64,000 nucleotides of DNA from Nageia nagi (Eukaryota > Plantae > Pinophyta). Of this stretch, positions 1 through 13,056 are shown piece by piece (position 1 is the stretch's first letter; each line of letters begins with the position of its first letter). Location of the stretch: contig JBITNC010000001.1 in NCBI GenBank assembly GCA_050084985.1, positions 112,282,001-112,346,000 of the forward strand. The letters run 5' to 3'. A model generated the notes under the pieces. That model was not told the DNA's origin, searched no databases, and was given only the letters and a program-made list of their open reading frames with translations. The position numbers were made by a program, and so were the translations under genes.

Positions 1-109
1 TGAAGCTGTCATGCTATGCCTCATTTAAATTTGTTGACTTATTTGTTCAACAGGTCTGTGATGAAGCTGTCATGCTATGCCAAATTTAAATTTGTTGACT
101 TATTTGTTC
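1..109. repeat. 61-bp-period tandem duplication in the upstream region of a type-B dioxygenase copy lying just left of the window
   Basis: TGAAGCTGTCATGCTATGCC...TTTGTTGACTTATTTGTTC occurs at 1 and 62. The same doublet is at 31355-31463; only single copies are seen near 13897 and 60960. Confidence 0.85.
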
Positions 110-112
110 CTA

Positions 113-140
113 TATAGATATAGATATAGATATAGATATA
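113..140. repeat. (TAGATA)n microsatellite
   Basis: Direct reading; paralogous tracts of different length near 13946-14016, 31466 and 61010. Confidence 0.85.
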
Positions 141-654
141 CAACAGGAGTCGAGTAAGGAAAGTGCTGATAATCAATTTTTCATGTTGGTTTCAAGTGAA
201 TTTAATGAGATTTTACGATTTCATTGGTTGTAATATGTATTGTTTTTTAAGTTTCCTACTATGTTAGGAATAAAATTTGTTTGGTTATTGAACATTATAT
301 TAAATATTATTATATGAATCCGTATCATATTAAATGTAAATATTGTAGATAATCAATAAGTTCTAACGATGCAATGTTCACAAATGGAAATAATTTAGAT
401 AAATTTACATAGTAATTTTCAAGGTCTACTTAATTTTTGAATATGTAATTATACATTTGTTTTTTGTAAATTTATATTAAAAATTATTTCATCTTACATT
501 TTTCTACATTCTAAACATCAGATTTAGTGTAATTTTTTTTTGGAGGGAGTTCAATCTTAAAGTAAATTATTATATGAACTTCCTTCAAGATGTACTTGAT
601 ATGTAATTATAGATAGAAAAGTAAGAGATTTTCCATTGGTAATTATTATAGGAA

Positions 655-1270
655 CCTTTTTCATTCTTTGAATCCAAATGAAGGTATTAAAATAGCTAAA
701 ATTAGAGAGTAAGAGATTTTCCATTGGTAATTAAAGATAGAAAAGTAATAATTAGGGATGAAGAAATGGAGGAAGCCAAAAGTAGGAAGTGACAAAGAAC
801 TAAAGTAAATAATACAAAAAATAAGGAGATAGATCAAGATAGGTCATCAAGAGATGATGAAGAAATAGGAAAAGAATAAGAAATGGAGGTTGATGATGGA
901 AAGACACCTCCCACAAGAAGATATTTTGATAATAGAATGAGGAAGAGAAAAGATATACTTAATGGAAATATAGGGAGCATTTGAAATTGTGTAGTATGAA
1001 TATAGAATATAATTGAGGATATTACCAATAAAACATAGTGCACTATAGAGTAGGGTACTAGTTGTAAGGTCCCATGTGGTACTCAATGATTATTCTTAAT
1101 TAGAATATACAAGGATGTAATACCGAAAATAGGTAGAGGATCATCAAGTACCTCTAAAGGGAAGTTCTTATAGATTTATTATTTATGTAGCAGACAAAGA
1201 TGAAGAAGGATAAGTGGTAGAAGTGGAAAAGAAAATTTAAAGGGGAGTATATTTTTTCAAGAGAGAATTA
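655..1270 (+). mobile_element. Degenerate L1 ORF1 3' remnant carried within the duplicated unit
   Basis: Homologous to 34250-34810, the purine-rich tail following the DUF4283-like region of the 33440-34810 remnant. Confidence 0.5.
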
Positions 1271-3518
1271 GATGGCCTATCAATGGATCTATTTAGATTA
1301 TGAAACCCACCTACTATAAAAGGTATTCCCTATCCTAAAACATCTAATAAATGTCTTCATACACATAGTATAATAATATTTTTCAACTACATTCTATACA
1401 AAATAACCCATAAAGAATACTCATTTAGTGTATGTACATTTTAAAAATAATATAATTCCATATTTTAAATTATCACTATTTTATACAAGATATTGATGTA
1501 GGAAAAATATAAGAAGGAAAATTAGATATTGCCATAATCATTCTTCTCATTGTTTCACAAAACTAGAATCATGATTATAATTAAATATGTGATATAAGAA
1601 AATAGTATTTAAATAAAACTTAACCTATATGTATTTTTAATTTCTAATCTTATTATTTAATATTTGAAAAGATAGTATTTCTACTTAATAACATATGTGT
1701 TACTATGGAATTTTTAAATAATTGTATTTAATTCCTTTATAGTGCTACTTTTTTATTATTAGATAAATAAAATAATAAAATAATTTGTTACCATTGTTGT
1801 TTGTATGGTGTATCTATATCCAAAGCATTTTTGTCACTTTGGTATTGGAATAAATAAAAAATATATATATTAAATAGATTTTGTATGGTGTATCTATCTC
1901 CAAATGCACCCAGTTTCATTACTCTTTTTTGATTTCTCAAATAATAGTGTACAATTTAGAAAACTTGCTTAATGTTGTTCTCTCCTATTATGCTCCTATA
2001 TGTGTTCATAGTTATGGTGACAAGGTATAAAAAGTTAACATGCTTGGAGTATCTATACTTTTCTTGATGTTGTACATATAAAAATAATAATTAAAAAACT
2101 AAATCCAAAGGGTAGAACCCAAAAAAAAAAATTAATTTAAATACAAAGGTTAAAAACTATTTCATCATGGGCCTACTCTCTAACAAATTTTAAGCTTTGG
2201 ATTTGAAAATGAGCTTTGAAAGCTCAAAGGGGATGACTATGCCCTAATGAAATAATAAATTTTAAAGAATTAAAGTTAGAGATAAAGCAATCAAAAATAA
2301 TTTATTTTGAATTTAACTTTGAATACATTTTGAATTTTTCTCTTACTAATACCTTAACTAGATAAGGAACATGTGTAGGAAATGAATTATATTTTAATCT
2401 TATATATAGTCTCCTTAGAGAATAATTAATCATCTACATACATGTTATTTTTATCACATATGGTAATATAAATTAAAAAAAAATATTAAAATCCATTGTA
2501 TGTTTAGTATTTATGTGAAATCATATTGTAATATGTATATTTAAAAATATCTATATTTACCTTGAGATAGTTAATATGAAAATTATAGTTAACTAACTAT
2601 TTTAAGAATCATTTTTTTTAAAATCTAATAACACGTTATCATATTATTACTATAATATTTCTATATTATAACATTTTATGGTTGATTACAAGTAGTATTT
2701 TTGTTTTTCTTTATGCATATCTCACTACTCATATCATGGGAAAATGATGAAAACTAAAAAATCTCATATAATTAACATAGTTACTACCTCCTCAAATTGA
2801 TATATTCATCAAAGAATTGATATTTATTTCACATATCTAACATAATAACAAGGTTGTCATTCTTTAATTACTAATATCCCTCCATACAATGCTATTTAAG
2901 GGTGTAAATGAATAATTGATGACATGCTATAATATGAAAAGATTTGAATATATGTTAATAAATTAATTGTAGTTATCCTATTTTTATATGGTCATATAAA
3001 TTATCTTGTTTATTATACTATTATATTGTATAATTTGTTTTTAATAATAATCTATCTTCTATACTACATAGGTAACATTATTGTCATACATTATATTTTT
3101 ATATATTAATTGTACTTCAAAAAATATTACAAATCATATTAATAAATATAAATATGGAGTTTAAATTTATTAAATATAAAAATTTATTACAAAGAGAAGT
3201 AATTTATCAAATGCAATTTTTTCACTTTATGCATACATTATGAAAATTAGTATCTTTTGAGAACTTCATCTCTTCTTCAATAGAAGTTAAATTATGTGTT
3301 ATAAACATCATCGATAAGTAAAACTAAAATATTTGAATATCTTGATTGAAAACTTTTATTTATTAAGAATTGTATTAAGAGATTATATGTATTTTAAAAT
3401 TCATTAATTTAAATTTAAATCTTATTGGACATATTTTGATAGGTTATTCTATTCTAACTACAAAATATTCATCAAAGCATTCTAAAAGTATATATATCCA
3501 CAAAAACATTATATCAAC

Positions 3519-4113
3519 CTTAAGGCAATCGGCAATATTGATAACAAATGACTCCGGTTGCGGCTTCACGTCCAACCACTTTCCTTGGTTGGATCGAATA
3601 TGGAGGCCGCCTTTATTACCTGTATGAGCAATGAAAGCCTCGTCCTCTATTGATTTTCCGTCGGAAGTGTAGTGATTGATACGTAATGTATACGTGCAGT
3701 TCTGGAAATGGGATTCGTAGAAATGCTCGAAGTCCAAATCGAGGCTTGCAATGATTGTTTTAGTGATAGTTAGCACGAGATCTGCCATGAGGGGCATATA
3801 TGCTCCAATGGCTTTGCTGAAAACGGACAGGATGACTGGATTAGTTTTCAACTTGTATAATAAGGGCATTATATGAGCACAGGAAAACGACATACCAGAA
3901 GAATGGATTTCCGTCTTGTGGCCATATTTTGCGAGACATTTTAACTACTGATTCTGAATGACTTAGATTAAGGATTGTGAAACTCTCATTGCCATTCTCA
4001 CTGGCAAAGCTATCCAAACTTTGTTTGGCCTCGGCGGGCATGGCACATAGTTGTTGGACGGCTGATTCTACGTCTTGAAGAAGAGTTTGTAGAATTCCAT
4101 GGTTGACAACTCT
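3519..4113 (-). pseudogene. Type-A DOXC 2OG-Fe(II) dioxygenase pseudogene, copy A1 (At5g51310/GA20ox-like resemblance)
   Basis: Exon 1 remnant 4113-3896 (RVVNHGIL...KIWPQDGNPFF), GT-AG intron 3895-3817, exon 2 3816-3519 (FQNCTYTLRINHY...AHTGNKGGLHIRS...WLDVKP...INIADCLK). Start codon region deleted, about 10 codons missing after HT, exon 3 not visible. Confidence 0.88.
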
Positions 4114-4267
4114 AAATTTATCAAACCATTGTCTTTATTTCAAGAAGAATAACAATGGAAACTATGTTATGAGTTTGTAGAATTCCATGGTTGACAACTC
4201 TAAATTTATGTTGAAGTTATGTCCCTATAATTCATAGGAATTTATTATGATGCAAATTTTTATGCAC

Positions 4268-4540
4268 ATGTTTAATAGACGGCAAAACATTCCGTCTCCA
4301 TACAAATCACACCTCTTTAATTAGTCAATAAACCCCAAAAGTCTTTTAAGCATGTGTATCTCGAGAAATGCGAGTTTTTATGTTGAAGTTGTCTTCTTTA
4401 TTTGTCTTATGGACATACCTAACAATCTCACACTATTCCATCTCCATACTAATCACACCGCCTTAAATATTTAATAAACTCCACCATTCACAAGATTCCA
4501 TCTTTACACACATCACACCTCTTTAATTATTTAATATACC
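4268..4540. repeat. Three dispersed ~47-bp direct repeats upstream of A1
   Basis: ATTCCRTCTYYAYAC-AATCACACC-C-TTAA..AATA near 4269, 4435 and 4495; only one copy remains in the paralogous region near 37333. Confidence 0.65.
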
Positions 4541-5271
4541 ACTCTTTTGATAGATGTAATGTCAAAATATTTGTTTTAAGTCTTATATATATATTTTAAT
4601 TAATTAGTGACTATTTTATATGTAATTATTTTTTTAAATAAATTCATAGGGCACGATTCCTACCTCATCTACACCTACCATAATTCAATAGAATTTTACA
4701 TATCATGCATTTGCGGGAGAGAGATTTGAACCTCAAGCCTCCTTTTTTTTAATTAAGAGTTTTAACAACCTACTTTCTCACCAACTCCCCTCACAACTAC
4801 TAGTAGTAATAAATCATAATATACTTGATTTTAGATAGCATGCATATAATGGGGAGATATTTGATCCTAGGTAGTCCCTTTTTCCAATTGAGAGATTGTA
4901 ATATTTTATATGTAATATTGAAAATTGGATGAGGTACATTTATTTTTTACAAGTTGGTAGTAATGTGTACAAGAGAAGTGTATTGGTTTAGATGAATAAT
5001 TAAATAATAATATATCTTGTTATTAGAATAAATAAAATTATATATGATCATATATTTAAAGTTACATTCAATGGTAAATTCATTTTGTATTCATTTCAAT
5101 CTTATGGATAATTAGGTTTTGCACTTCTTTGTGCAAAGAAAACATGAAAGGGATTAATAAATAAACTAATCAATATAACAATCACTTGTTATAACAAGAT
5201 TACATTTTTATTTCATTTCATTCAATAGTTTTTACACATAAAAATTCAATTTACCATTTTACACATAAAAG

Positions 5272-5720
5272 ATATTACCATCCAATTTAGCAATTCAATT
5301 TATTGATAAAAACAATGAGGTGTTGTTATTTTAATTTCATGTGCTTTATTAATAAGAATTCAAATAAATTTTAACAAATATTTAAATAAAAATATTATGA
5401 AATTTTAAAGTATAATTTTATTTTTGATGAAGAAGATATAAGTTACATGATTAGTAATAGTTTATATACATAATTAATGTCACCATCCAATCTAACAACT
5501 CAATTTCAATTAATAAAAATAAACACCTTTTGTCAAAGTTTTTTCATTTGCTTTAATGATAAGCATTGAAATAAATTTTAAATAAGATTTCTATAAAATA
5601 TTATGAAATTTTCAAATATATATCGATATTTATCAAGAACATATAACTTACATAATAAGAAATTATTTTTATGTATAAACTTGATATTACCATCCAATCC
5701 AACAATTCAATTTATTCATA
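5272..5720. repeat. AT-rich ~206-bp tandem repeat, about 2.2 copies
   Basis: ACCATCCAAT anchors near 5277, 5482 and 5688; paralogous arrays near 38206-38660 and 52732-53180, partial at 26440-26570. Confidence 0.75.
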
Positions 5721-7521
5721 AAATGAAACATGTAGTTTTTTCTTATATAACTCAACCAAAAAAGTTTTGAATTTCAAAAATTTGAATTAAATATTGTTAA
5801 ATATATTATGAATGTATCATGTATAAAAGTTTTGGCCTAAGAGCATTTATTTAATTACAATATTATAAGACACTTATTTTAAGTGTTTAATATTTATGAG
5901 CCAAGGTTGTTGCAAGATATTTGTTATTATGAAATTATATTTTACCATAAATAAAAAAAGTAGCATTTCCTATAATTTTTATTTGGCACACCTTCCACAA
6001 TAAACATGCAATATAAAACTAAATTTTGCTATATTCCAAGAAAACAATTGATGACCTTTTTTGTTAGATCTGTAACTTTGACAAGAAATAAGTCCAATAT
6101 GCAATTTTATTCTAAATCTTTGATATTTTACTAAACATATAGCATATGTTTCCATATTTATAAGTTTATCCAACACCAATTGCAAGCTATTTCTAGGAAC
6201 ATAATAGTCTATTTCAGAAAAGCATAGACTTTGTGTGTGGGAAGGAACTTCAAATAATGATGTTTGTAATGGTGTTGAGTAGGAAAGGATTGGAATACAA
6301 GTGCATAGGTGGCATAAACAAGAATTTTTATATTTTTAGTTGCCTTCTTGTATTGATACCACCATTGTTCCTAGGATAATATATATGTTACTAGTGGCTT
6401 TGATGGAATTGTCTATCTCATTTTCATAGGATTTCTAGCTCCATAACATGAATGTACAAGACCTTTTAAAATTATTTCCAATGTTTATGATATATTTTGT
6501 AGACAAAATATTCTATATGGGATACAAATACATTATTTTAACATTTTTAATTCATTACAACATATCAATAGCTTATGCTCGCTAGTAAGCCATGAAAACT
6601 TTATGAACAACATGATAGATAGTTTCATTTTAAATAGTAAAAGAAAAATATCATACATTTTAAAAGTAATCACTCATTCTCAAACTAAATATATCTATCA
6701 CATGTATATAATTAAAATTTATGATGATACATCTAATCATTTATGAAGTCTAGGATATTTAGTAAATAAAAGATGAGATTGAATGTTTGAGATATACCAT
6801 AATAGATAGTAAAAGGTATACAACAACTAACGAATATAATTTTAACTAAGGGACACCATGAAATAAAAATAAAATAAAAAATTTGTACATACAAAATGAA
6901 AAATTATCATATGGTATGAGTAGATTAGATGGAAATTCTTAGTGAATTTGACATTAAAAAAATACCTTTATACATAAAAGAGACCTTTACCTATTGCCCC
7001 TCACCTAAAAATTATTTTTCTTGATTCCTAAAAATAGAAATATGTCACTCCTCCAAACCCTAAAAAATACTACTTTATCTTGTCAATTGTTGCTGATGTG
7101 CCTCCCTACCTTTTCAACCTCTCCTAAGCACAAAGGGACATGAAGAAGTAGAGACCCAATTCCCCTCCATCGAACACATTTGTTTTGGGTTCTTTTAAAA
7201 CCGCTACTATCAATTCTCTTATTATCAAAAATCAAATTAATTTTGAAATTCAAAAGCTTGCTACTATCCCTTAAATTTGAAATACTATTCATGTCAAGAA
7301 GATTTAAAATAATATCTCATATATTTCACATTTATTTTACTATATGATTTATCTTTATCATGTAATATCTCTTTTTATAATTATATTTTTCCTTGGTAGG
7401 TATAGCACACATAGCCATAATCACTTATCGATGAAGCTACATAATCTGCACACCTACATATCTCTCAATGAAAGTGGTATATCTGTACACCTACATATCT
7501 ATAGACTTGCATATCTCTAAA

Positions 7522-10500
7522 TTACTAACATTAATTTCTAAATATTGACATTAATTTATGTACAAGAATGGTTGAAATTTAATCATCCTTCTAAAAGCAT
7601 TTAAAAGTTTTTAGATATCATGCAAACAAAAAGGGTATGAAAGGGCATGGGCTTCTTCTACCTTCTCTAGAATGGATAACTAAATACATGCATGGAGCCC
7701 ACATTACATTTAATTTTATTTTTGACCAAGTTGCATGCATATGATTTTTTATCTTAATATAAATACAGATAGCCTATGCATAAAGAATAAGTTAAGGAAG
7801 AGACATGTATATTTTTTTGTTTAGCTCTAAGAGAGCCTTGCATTATTTTTAGCTTCTCTGCAATATAAAAAATATTTTGGTCTACAATTTTTCTTACTAT
7901 TTATTCTACTTGTGATCAACCTTATTATATTCTAGCTACAAATTATTATTTATTTTTCTTCAAAATCTTTAATTGGTATTAAATCAAGAGATTTATTGGG
8001 TTAAATGGATTCAAAGCCATGAAATTCACTACAATTGCATATTCTCATTTTCAATGGAGAACCTTACAAGTATTGGATCATATTGATAAGGAAATTTCTT
8101 GTCTCTTAATACCTATGGATATTTGTTTCCCAAGGTTTTATAGACTCAGATAAAATCACCCTTGTAACGCTAACTATAGATGAGAAGAAAGAAGTGTTGG
8201 AGAACCATAAGAAGAATGTTAAGGCATTATTTGTCATCTAATCTAGCATAGATGTGTCCATATTTCCCAAAATTATAGAGTGTAAGACTTCAAAGGAAGC
8301 ATGGGAGATCTTAGATACTGTATACAAAGGATTAGCCAAGGTTTGAGTGGAAAAGCTCTGATTGTTAAGGAAGAGTTCAAATCTCTACATATGAGAGAAG
8401 GAGAGAAAATAAGTGTCTCCTTTTCCAAGATCTAGGATCTTGTAAATGCCCTTCATTCATACAGTGAAGAGATGATAGACACCAAAATTATGGAAAAGAT
8501 ACTCCAAAGATTGTGTAAAAGGTTTAATCCCATTACCACTACCATTAAGAAGCAAAGGACCTATCCCAACTCATGCTTGCATCGTTGCATGGTAGTCTAA
8601 CTACCTATGAATATAAAATCAACTATAGATTTGACTCTTTGTACCAAGCTTTCCAAACATAGTTGAAAATGAAGGGCCAAGAGCCCTCTTTCTCAACTCT
8701 TATTTCCTTTTCTCCATCCTCTCATGGAAGAGGTGGATTATCACATGGAAGAAGAAGTAACAAAGGTTTAGGTAGAGGAAGAAAAGGTTATGGAAGAGGT
8801 TGTTCTTATGGAAGATCACAAGATAACACCCCTACATATTATGACTTTTGTAATAAATATGGTCACATAGAATCATATTGCTAGAAGAATCCCAAGCTCA
8901 AAGATCAGTATGTTGAAGATAAGGCTAAGATCAACATGTTCCCCACTTGTAAGAGTTTCCAAGATGAAGAAGAATATTTATGGTACTTGGATAGTGAATG
9001 CTCTAACCAGATGATTGAAAATAAAGCCATATTTCTTAATATTGATACCAATGTCATATGCCAGGTCATCTTTGGTGATAACAAAAGTGCCAACATCCAT
9101 AGTAGAGGTACTGTTCACTTTATGTCTAAAGCTAGTAATATATTTTACATGCATAATTGTATGTTTGTTCCTAGCCTTAAGCATAATATCTTAAGTACTG
9201 ATTAGCTTAGTATAAAAGGATATACAACCACCTCCAAAAGGAAAGGGTGCATCATAGTAAATGAGGCTATTAACCAGCTTATAGCCACCATCCATATGAT
9301 TAAAAATAGGATTTATATGCTCAATATGACACCTAGAGTAAGTTGCTTAAAAGTATCTATTGATTATGCCTACTTATGGTATAGGAGATTTGGTCATTTA
9401 AATTTCCACTCATTAAACGGTCTGCAAAAATTGGTGAGAATCTATCCTACCATCTTCCATACACCTAGTGAGGTCGATGAAATTTTCATTGCAAAAAGCA
9501 ACATAGAGTGAAATTTTCAAAGTACCAATACAGGGCCAAGTACCCTCTTTAGCTAGTGCATGCAGACCTATGTGGAACAATGGAAACTCCTAGATAATGT
9601 AGTAAGTCAAAATATATGCTTATCTTTACTGATGAATTTTCTAGGATGAGCTAGTTTTATCTATTACAAAACAAATGTGACTCTTTTGAGGGTTTTGTTA
9701 AATTTAAATCTCTTATTGATAAATAATTTGGCTTTTTTATTAAAAAGTTTAGAATTGATAGAGGAGAATAATTCATTTCAAATGAATTTAATAACTTCTA
9801 TCATCAGCATGGTATTGTTAGGAAATATACAACTACCTACACTCCATACCAGAATGGAGTAGCTAAAAGGAAAAATCAAACAATTATTGAGATGGCTAGA
9901 TGCATGATGAAAGAAAATGGGCTTCCCACTACTTTTTGGGGTGAAGCAATGCATACTACTATTTATATTTTAAATAGGTGTCCCACTCAAGTTCTAAATG
10001 ATACCTCCCTTACAAAGCTTGGTTTGGTGTAAAACTAAATATTTCTCATCTCTAGATATTTGGCTCAACTTATTTCATGCATATACCGAAAGAAAATAGG
10101 AAGAATCTTGATGAGAAATCCACCAAATGCATTTTAGTGGGATACTCTAAAGAAAATAGAGATGTAATTTTTGAAAAAGGGGGCCTAACCAATAAAGAAA
10201 ATGGTGCTAAAGACACCACTATTACATTCCAACTTGATGAAGATTATAAACCTTCTCACACTACTGCACCTCCTCCTCTTCAACCTTCATCACCATATTC
10301 ACTAGCCACCAACTCACCATAGAAGGCACAACAAAACTAGTCTCCTATTGTTCATACTCCACCAACCAAAAATAAGTAGACAAGTGATTGCTATCATCCT
10401 CCATCATTGATGGTAGATAAAGAGCTCAATATAAGAATGACCTGATTAGAAACTACAGCTAGAAATCAAGATATCAATATCTCTTATACATTAATATCTT

Positions 10501-13056
10501 CATTTCTTGAATCTTTCTCATATAATGAAGTTGTTGCTAATTAGGATTGGAAAAAAGCCATGGAGGATGATATTGAGTAAATCTAGAAGAAGGACATCTA
10601 GAAGCTTATACCTACTCCTAAAGATAAGAGGGTAATTGGTGTCAAGTGGATTTATAAATTGAAGCATAATCCTCATGAGAGTATTGCAAAGCACTAATCC
10701 CATCTAGTTGCTAAAGGATATGCTTAGAAGGAATGGTTATATTATGATAAGATTTTTGCCTCGATGGCCTGACTAGAAACTATGAGGTCTTTGATTATGC
10801 TTGTCCATCATTTTGAGTTGATAGTTTATCAAATTGATGTCAAATTTGCTTTTCGTAATGGATATTTAAAGGAGGTTATTTATTTTAAGTAGCCTAAAGG
10901 ATTTATTATTGCTAATCAAGAAGATAGAATGTATAAACTAAAAAGGCTCTATATGGCCTTAAACAAGCACCCTGGGCATGGTATGCCAAGATTAATTATT
11001 ACCTTTAAAAAAATAGTCATCAAAGATGCTCTATAGAAAGAACATTATACACAAAAATTGAAGGTAGCAAATTCTTTATTTTATACTTGTATATTTATTT
11101 TATCATTTTTATTAGCATCTTTAATGCTATGATAGATCAATTTGATGATCCTATGATCAATGAATTTGAGATGAGTGATCTTAAAGAGATGAATTATTTT
11201 CTTGGTATACAAGTCAAATAATCCTCTAGTGACATTCTGATCACTTAGTCTAAATATGAGGAAGATCTATTGGCCCACTTTAATATGAAAAATTGTAGTC
11301 TTATCGATACACTAACCATTTTTGGAGATAAGCTATTAAAGAAGTAATCCTCTCCACATGTTGATGAAACTATGTATCGATCCTTAATAGGTAACCTTAT
11401 GTATCTCAATATGTTATCAATCAAAACATCATGTTTGTTATCTGTAGAGTAGCCTAATTCATGTATTCACCACATCAAATGTATTGGATTGTATCCAAGC
11501 GTATCTTGTGCTATGTGAGTGGCACACATCAATATGGGCTCTAGTATAAATTCTCAGACCAAGAAATTTCATAGGTCTATATAGATGCTAATTGGACTGA
11601 ATGTCTTGATGATGAAAAGAGCACTTTAGGGTATGGATTATTATTTGGAGAATCTTTGGTCTCATGGAGCAATAAGAAATAATCCACTATTACACATTTA
11701 TCAGCTAAAACTAAGTGTCTTGTTGCATCCATCACTTCTACACAAGCGATTTGGATTCTTATATGTTTGAAGATTTGGGAATGCATATTAAGCTCCCCAT
11801 TTCCATGAACTATGATAATATCAACATAATTTCCATGACAAAGAGCCTCGTGTTTCATAAGAGGAGAAAACATAGTGATATACAACATCATTTTATAAGA
11901 GATCTAGTTAAATATGGCTTTATCTAGTTTCATCACTATCTAACTAATGCTCAAATTACAAACATCTTTACAAAGCCATTACCCATGGATCATTTTTCCT
12001 ACCTTCAAAGCCATATTGGATTCTAGACCTTAAATATTTAAGAGGTAATTATTGGAAAACCATGACTAGAAAAGGGTACTCACTGGACTTTATATATATT
12101 GCATATATATTTTACTTTGTTTTCTTTGTATTTGTATTTTTGGCTAACAGAGAAAATGATCTGCTTTTATCATGAAGATTAAGGGGTAATTGAAAATGTT
12201 AATATCAACTCCTAGGCATTAATTTTATTCTTTGAGCTCTATTTGCATTTCCAAGCATCACTGTTATTCTTCAGGCTTGATGTCCATTCTTGGGTGTTAC
12301 TATTATTCTTCAAGATCTATCTCCTTGATCCAATACTTCATTATATGAGACCTAATTTCCAACATAGTGTCTTCATTTTGTAGGATTTTTTGCACCTAGG
12401 ACTTATTATATCCAAGAATTTCTACCTTTTTAGCTTTGATTGTTGATAGGAATTTCTATTTTGGGTGTATGATATTATCATTTTAGGCCTTGGACCCTAG
12501 GGTTTCTTGCAATTTACTTTTGTTCGTATGCAATGATATTCTTCTTGCTCCAAAACCTAGTTAACATTACATAAAAGTCTTTTTAAGAGATTTCTACCCT
12601 AAAACTAAATTCTTAACCTCTAACATTAGTTTCAAAACACTAACATTAATTTTTGAATAAAAATGTTTCAAAATTAATCAACCTTATACAACCATTTTAT
12701 TTTCATATGTCATGTAGACAAAAATAGCATGGGCTTCCTCTACCTTCTACAAAATGGATAATTAGATGTGTACATGGAGCCTATGCTACATTTAATTTTT
12801 TTTTTGGCCAAATTGCATGCATATAATATTTTGTCCTACTATAAATAAAGATAGCTTATGCATAAAGAAGAACAAGTAGAGTAAGAGACATGTATGTTTT
12901 GTTATTTAGTTCCAAGAGAGACTTGAATTATTTTTCATTTCTCTACGATACAAAAAATATTTTCTTCTTGAATTTTGTTTATTGTTTATTCTATCTATAT
13001 TCAACCTTACTATATTTTGACTACATAATATTATTTAGTTTTCTTCAAAATCTTCA
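7522..13056 (+). mobile_element. Decayed Ty1/copia LTR retrotransposon, copy 1 (5' LTR truncated)
   Basis: 5' LTR remnant ~7522-7971, degenerate tRNA-iMet PBS TGGTATTAAATC 7974-7985, gag ATG 8005. Motifs: zinc knuckle CNKYGHIESYC, protease WYLDSECSN, LWYRRFGHLNF, integrase, RT, RNase H (KHSDIQHHFIRD). PPT 12179-12190; 3' LTR 12191-13056 (TG...CA). Many stops and frameshifts. Confidence 0.95.
12191..13056 (+). repeat. 3' LTR of copia copy 1
   Basis: TGAAAATGTTAA...CAAAATCTTCA after PPT TTAAGGGGTAAT; matches 40539-41350 and 46557-47401. Confidence 0.9.

Noticed and set aside
834-1086. Recurrent hydrophobic minus-strand ORFs (also 34262-34510, 49562-49786, 63799-63987) as a small membrane-protein family
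   Set aside because: They are antisense to a purine-rich L1 remnant; similarity comes from the segmental duplication and ORF boundaries are not conserved.
3444-3893. 149-aa ORF as a functional dioxygenase
   Set aside because: It is exon 2 read through from flanking introns; HxD is broken and the start and exon 3 are missing.
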